Positions 60,104 to 64,000 of a stretch of DNA of 64,000 nt are shown here, one piece after another. A program made the position numbers and the translations under genes. Every line of letters begins with the position of its first letter. The stretch's first letter is position 1. The stretch is taken from positions 3,643 to 67,642 of the forward strand of contig JALSRZ010000062.1 of the NCBI GenBank assembly GCA_026984515.1. The letters are read 5' to 3'. The notes under the pieces were generated by a model. It was given only the letters and a program-made list of their open reading frames with translations, searched no databases and had not been told where the DNA came from. The DNA is from Thiohalobacter sp. (GTDB lineage Bacteria; Pseudomonadota; Gammaproteobacteria; DSM-19610).

Positions 60104-60874
60104 ATGAGCATACTCTGGGAGCGCACCGCGGGTGCTACGCATTACGAGGTGCGCCAGGCGGGGCGTTCCCTGCGGCTGTATACCAACGGTGTGCTGCACA
60201 GCCAGTACAATCCCGCCCGGCCGTTGACCGGCAGTGTCTGGGACCTGCTGTTCCTGCCGGTTTTTTTCTACCCGCCCGATCACGTGCGCCGGGTGCTGGT
60301 GCTCGGTGTCGGTGGTGGTGCGGTCATACAGCAGTTACGTCGTTTTGTGCGACCCGACAGGATTGTCGGTGTCGACCTGAATGCCGTGCACCTGTCGATT
60401 GCGCGCCGTTTCTTTGCGGTGAGGGGCAGGGACGTACAGCTGGTCAGGGCCAATGCAGTGACGTGGGTGAAACAGTACCGGGGTGCACCGTTTGACCTGA
60501 TTATCGACGACCTGTTCAGTGATGTGGATGGCGAACCGCAACGTGCGGTGTATGCCGACCGGGCATGGGTCGATTTGCTCCGTGGCTGTTTGTCGCGGCA
60601 GGGCATGATCGTTGCCAATTTTGCGTCGCGCCCCGAACTGATGATGTCTGCCTACCTGGATGACGGAGTGTTGCGACAGGGCTTTCATTCGGGGTTTTAT
60701 CTCAGCACCGTGCAAAACTACAATGCAGTGGGGGTATTCCTGAACAAGCCGGCAACCAGCCGGCAACTGCGTGATCGTCTTCGCAAGGTAGCGCAACTCG
60801 ATCCGCGCCGACGTACCGCGCGGCCGGGGTACCGCATCCGCACTCTTAAACCGGCCGGATTGCAGCATGACTGA
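60104..60874 (+). CDS. Class I SAM-dependent methyltransferase (spermidine-synthase-like fold)
   Basis: VLVLGVGGG, VGVDLN and DLIIDDLF. Confidence 0.78.
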   Translation: MSILWERTAGATHYEVRQAGRSLRLYTNGVLHSQYNPARPLTGSVWDLLFLPVFFYPPDHVRRVLVLGVGGGAVIQQLRRFVRPDRIVGVDLNAVHLSIARRFFAVRGRDVQLVRANAVTWVKQYRGAPFDLIIDDLFSDVDGEPQRAVYADRAWVDLLRGCLSRQGMIVANFASRPELMMSAYLDDGVLRQGFHSGFYLSTVQNYNAVGVFLNKPATSRQLRDRLRKVAQLDPRRRTARPGYRIRTLKPAGLQHD

Positions 60875-61175
60875 CAAGGGCAGCACACCGGACCTGCAGC
60901 GGCAAACCGCGAGGATTCACTGGCGGGAGCTGGAGCCGCATTTTGCCCGCGGTGTGGTGATTCACGTCTCGGGGGATCTCGACCTGGTGGAAGTGGCTGT
61001 CTGCTTTGCCGGTGACGAGCGGGTTGCCGTGGAAAAATGGCTGGTATCCGGACAGATCGGGCATCTCGCTACCGGGGTCGCCGGGGACTGGAGCCGCACT
61101 GCCCCCGAGCTGTGGGCGGTGGTGGTGGCGCCCTGGGTACTGGTGCAGGAGCGGTGCGTCGAACAGCACTATTGA
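60867..61175 (+). CDS. DUF2288-like small protein
   Basis: IHWRELEPHFARG, DLVEVA and WAVVVAPWVLVQE. Confidence 0.8.
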   Translation: MTDKGSTPDLQRQTARIHWRELEPHFARGVVIHVSGDLDLVEVAVCFAGDERVAVEKWLVSGQIGHLATGVAGDWSRTAPELWAVVVAPWVLVQERCVEQHY

Positions 61176-61186
61176 GGCGCACATAC

Positions 61187-61400
61187 TTATCCACAAAATC
61201 TGTGGATAAGTATGTGGATGAATCTTCGATTACGATCGCTTTCCGTGTTTTTTACCGAGCCGGCTTTAGATCGGCCAATTTTTCACCAATTTGATAAAGC
61301 ATATAAAAATCAAAAATATATATGAGTTATTTAAAGATGACAAAAAGTCATATTGGTTTTGCGCTGTCATTTTCGCATATCCTGTTTTTGCTGTGCATAA
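61187..61400. promoter_or_regulatory. Cluster of four DnaA boxes with an AT-rich tract and IHF-like site
   Basis: TTATCCACA 61187-61195, TGTGGATAA 61201-61209, TGTGGATGA 61213-61221, TGTGCATAA 61392-61400; AATCAAAAATATA 61308-61320. Confidence 0.8.
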
Positions 61401-61536
61401 CCACTTGCTTATATGCAAATACAGGACGTTTCTGCAGGCGCCATGTGGAGTGCGAAGTCACTGCGGTTCCGTTAACCGGTAACCCGAGCGGATAAACGCG
61501 GGTAGCCGGTACGTTTTGAACGATGGGGGGCAACCC

Positions 61537-61651
61537 GGACATGGGACCGGTACCGCTGGATCAAGACCGTCTGCCGCAGGGATGCGGCAGCCGAGCGGCC
61601 ATGGATGGCCTGTTTTGCGTGTCTTGATCCAGCGGTACCGGTCCCATGTCC
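61537..61651. repeat. 115-bp element with a perfect 31-bp inverted repeat
   Basis: GGACATGGGACCGGTACCGCTGGATCAAGAC and its exact reverse complement; two small internal hairpins. Confidence 0.85.
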
Positions 61652-61801
61652 TCACCTGTGTGCGCGTTGTAAAAGTTAGCGGGACAGCAGTGGTGCTGCA
61701 AAGTATCTTATACTCTCCGGAACCGCGGAAAGGACGCTTGCAGGATGCTGTGGAGCAAATCCTGGCCCGGTTTCCGCCACCGAAAAACAGGAATGACAGC
61801 A

Positions 61802-62047
61802 ATGGGTGTTTCCATACGAGGCTTGATGATGGACCGTGGCGGCGTGGTGCAGGAACGCTTTGCAGTCGTCTATGCGCCGAAAAAGAAGAAACGCCTGCCG
61901 GCCAGTTGTGTCTGCCTGGTGGACAGCGAACAGGCCGCCCTGGAAGCTTCCAGCCCGGACCGGCACCGGCACGCTGCGCTGGTTGCCGGCCCGTCCACCT
62001 CCTCTGAAAGTCAGCAGTTGTACTACCTGGTGCGCTGGCTGAACTGA
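61802..62047 (+). CDS. Small hypothetical protein (~81 aa)
   Basis: MGVSIRGLMMDRGGVVQ..AGPSTSSESQQLYYLVRWL; start uncertain (61802 or 61826). Confidence 0.65.
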   Translation: MGVSIRGLMMDRGGVVQERFAVVYAPKKKKRLPASCVCLVDSEQAALEASSPDRHRHAALVAGPSTSSESQQLYYLVRWLN

Positions 62048-62170
62048 CCATACCCGTCGCGGCCGGCCTGGCCTGGCCGCATAACACGCGTAAAAACAAA
62101 GACTTGATCCTGCGCACCGTGAGCGCTTACAGCCATTCAGTTTGGCGGATTTACGCCGATAATAAGCACA

Positions 62171-62184
62171 TTGATATCAATCAG
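62171..62184 (+). promoter_or_regulatory. FNR/Anr-like box upstream of the diguanylate cyclase
   Basis: TTGAT-ATCA-ATCAG, one mismatch to TTGAT-N4-ATCAA. Confidence 0.4.
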
Positions 62185-62219
62185 TTATCGTCCCATGCAC
62201 GGAGGCGCCCGGTTACATC

Positions 62220-64000
62220 ATGTTTTCGGATCGATCCAGGTACGTCATTGTCGGCGGGTTCAGCGCCGTCATGCTGCTGATGCTGACGGTTATCCTGATC
62301 GGCTATACGCAAATGACGCAGAACATGCGCCTGTCGGAGCGACTGGTAAGTAACCAGACGAAGAAGAACAATCACGTGATGCTGATGTATTCCGCCGTGC
62401 GCGAGCGCTCGGCCAGCCTGTTGCGTATGGTGGTCAGTGACGATCCGTTTGAACGGGACAACGAGTACCTTCATTTCAATGCCCTGGCGACGCAGTTTGT
62501 CGTCAATCGCGATGCCCTGTATGAGTTGCTGGAAACCAGGCGGGAAAAGGAATTTTTCCAGACCCAGCGAATGTTGACCGAAGCGTCGGCGCCGCTCCAG
62601 GACCAGGTGGCTGCGCTGCTGATCGATGATCACGATGAGGAGGCTATCGCCCTGCTTCGGGACCGGGCCATGCCCGCGCAGCAGAAAGTGCTGGTCTTCC
62701 TGCACGACATGCTGGAGTGGCAGGAGCAGGAAGTAAAACGTGCGATCGCCCGGGCCTACAGCAGTGATCGTGATACGGCCGTTGTCATGGGTTTCCTGGT
62801 GGTCGTTTCTGCGCTGATCGCGCTGGTCATCATTCGCTTCGTGGTGCGCAAGACCGACCTGGCCGAGCAGGCACTGATTGCCAAGGTCACTTTTGAGTCC
62901 ATTGGTGATGCGGTGATTACCACCAACGTATCCGGCAGGATCAGTTACCTGAACCGGCGCGCGCAACAACTCACCGGCTGGGAAGAAGCAGACGTGCTGG
63001 GGCGTCCGCTGGACGAGGTGCTCCTGCTCGAAGCGGATGAGAGTCCTTCCGGGGTGGAAGACCGTTACCGGCTGCGTACCGAATCCGGTACGGAACTCTG
63101 TGTGGATATGTCCAGGGCGCCCATACGCAGCGATACCGGCCAGCAGCTTGGCACGGTGGTGATCCTGCGTGACATTACCCAGCGCAAGGAAGTCGAGGAG
63201 ACCCTGCGCCGGAACGAAGAGCGTTTTGCACTGATCACGCGTGGCACCAATGACGGGATATGGGACTACAACCTGGAAACCGGCGAGATCTATTTCTCGG
63301 AGCGCTGGAAGACCATGCTGGGGTATGACGGTCACGAGTTCGGCAACAGTTTCCACGCCTGGCAATGCCTGATCCACGAGAACGACCTGGGCGCCATCCT
63401 GCACGCCTGGACCGAGTGCATGGCGGGCACAACCCAGTCCTTTTCGGTCGAGTACCGCATGATCACCAAGGAAGGAGAATGGAAGTGGGTGGAATGTCGT
63501 GGCCTGGTGCTGTTGTCCGAGCAGGGTACTCCCATCCGGCTGGCCGGTTCCCATACCGATATTTCACAACGCAAGGCTTCCGAGGAGAAGCTGTTATGGA
63601 GTTCCACGCACGACGGCCTGACCGGTCTGGTCAACCGCCATGCGTTCGAACAACGCCTGGATACGGAGTTGCGGCAGGCACGCCGGGCGGACGTGGAACA
63701 CGCGCTGCTGTATGTCGACCTCGATCAGTTCAAGGTGATCAACGATACCTGCGGTCACGTGGCCGGTGACCAGTTGCTGCGGCAATTGTCGGCCCTGCTG
63801 GCGAGAAAGGTGCGGGGTTCGGATATGCTGGCGCGGCTGGGCGGGGACGAGTTTGCGGTGTTCCTGAAGGATTGCCCGGTCGCCAAGGCAGTCAGCCATG
63901 CCAACCTGATTCGTGAAGTGATTGAAGAGTACTGTTTCGTGTGGGAGAAACAGACCTTCAGGGTAGGGGCCAGTATCGGTGTGGTGGCGATCAACCGTGC
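62220..64000 (+). CDS. Membrane sensor-PAS-PAS-GGDEF diguanylate cyclase (3' end off the window; absent from the ORF track)
   Basis: Hand translation: two TM helices around a periplasmic four-helix sensor, ESIGDAVITT (PAS), GTNDGIWDYN (PAS), HDGLTGLVNR, VDLDQFKVINDTCGH and ARLGGDEF in frame from 62220. Confidence 0.92.
   Translation, partial: MFSDRSRYVIVGGFSAVMLLMLTVILIGYTQMTQNMRLSERLVSNQTKKNNHVMLMYSAVRERSASLLRMVVSDDPFERDNEYLHFNALATQFVVNRDALYELLETRREKEFFQTQRMLTEASAPLQDQVAALLIDDHDEEAIALLRDRAMPAQQKVLVFLHDMLEWQEQEVKRAIARAYSSDRDTAVVMGFLVVVSALIALVIIRFVVRKTDLAEQALIAKVTFESIGDAVITTNVSGRISYLNRRAQQLTGWEEADVLGRPLDEVLLLEADESPSGVEDRYRLRTESGTELCVDMSRAPIRSDTGQQLGTVVILRDITQRKEVEETLRRNEERFALITRGTNDGIWDYNLETGEIYFSERWKTMLGYDGHEFGNSFHAWQCLIHENDLGAILHAWTECMAGTTQSFSVEYRMITKEGEWKWVECRGLVLLSEQGTPIRLAGSHTDISQRKASEEKLLWSSTHDGLTGLVNRHAFEQRLDTELRQARRADVEHALLYVDLDQFKVINDTCGHVAGDQLLRQLSALLARKVRGSDMLARLGGDEFAVFLKDCPVAKAVSHANLIREVIEEYCFVWEKQTFRVGASIGVVAINR

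Noticed and set aside
61187-61400. Chromosomal oriC
   Set aside because: No dnaA/rpmH/gidA/mioC context, no clear 13-mer unwinding repeats or GATC enrichment, only four boxes; kept as a DARS/datA-like candidate instead
61516-62007. 163-aa ORF through the 31-bp hairpin
   Set aside because: Reads through the palindromic element with no recognisable features and overlaps the more credible 61802-62047 ORF

Overview
Ordinary core chromosome of a GC-rich gammaproteobacterium; gene order and content suggest a Chromatiales/Thiotrichales-like lineage (inference). The backbone is conserved: LysR/leuCDB-asd-fimV-truA-trpFBA-accD-folC-dedD-cvpA-purF-metZ; lpxH-ppi-cysS-folD; tRNA Pro/Arg/His/Lys/Leu-tig-clpPX-lon-hupB-tRNA Val/Asp-ppiD; a DAACS symporter, fabI and a peptide ABC transporter; parvulin-bolA-yciI-yciB; PHP-yciO-S2P-trpS-scpAB-rluB, then pyk-mqo-methyltransferase-DUF2288 and a truncated PAS-PAS-GGDEF gene. 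I found no prophage, integrase, transposase, CRISPR array or defence island. The most interesting signals are non-coding: (1) an orphan cluster of four DnaA boxes plus an IHF-like site at 61.2-61.4 kb with DARS-like architecture and no dnaA, gidA or nrd gene nearby; (2) a SAM-II riboswitch with a readable terminator/antiterminator platform upstream of metZ, separated from its apparent promoter by a CTAG-flanked 176-bp MITE; (3) at least four different small palindromic repeat/MITE families, one of which supplies a gene's stop codon. On the coding side, the left edge holds an uncharacterised unit: variant A-type Fe-S carrier, ATP-grasp ligase and patatin lipoprotein. All family assignments come from motif recognition by eye; no searches were run.
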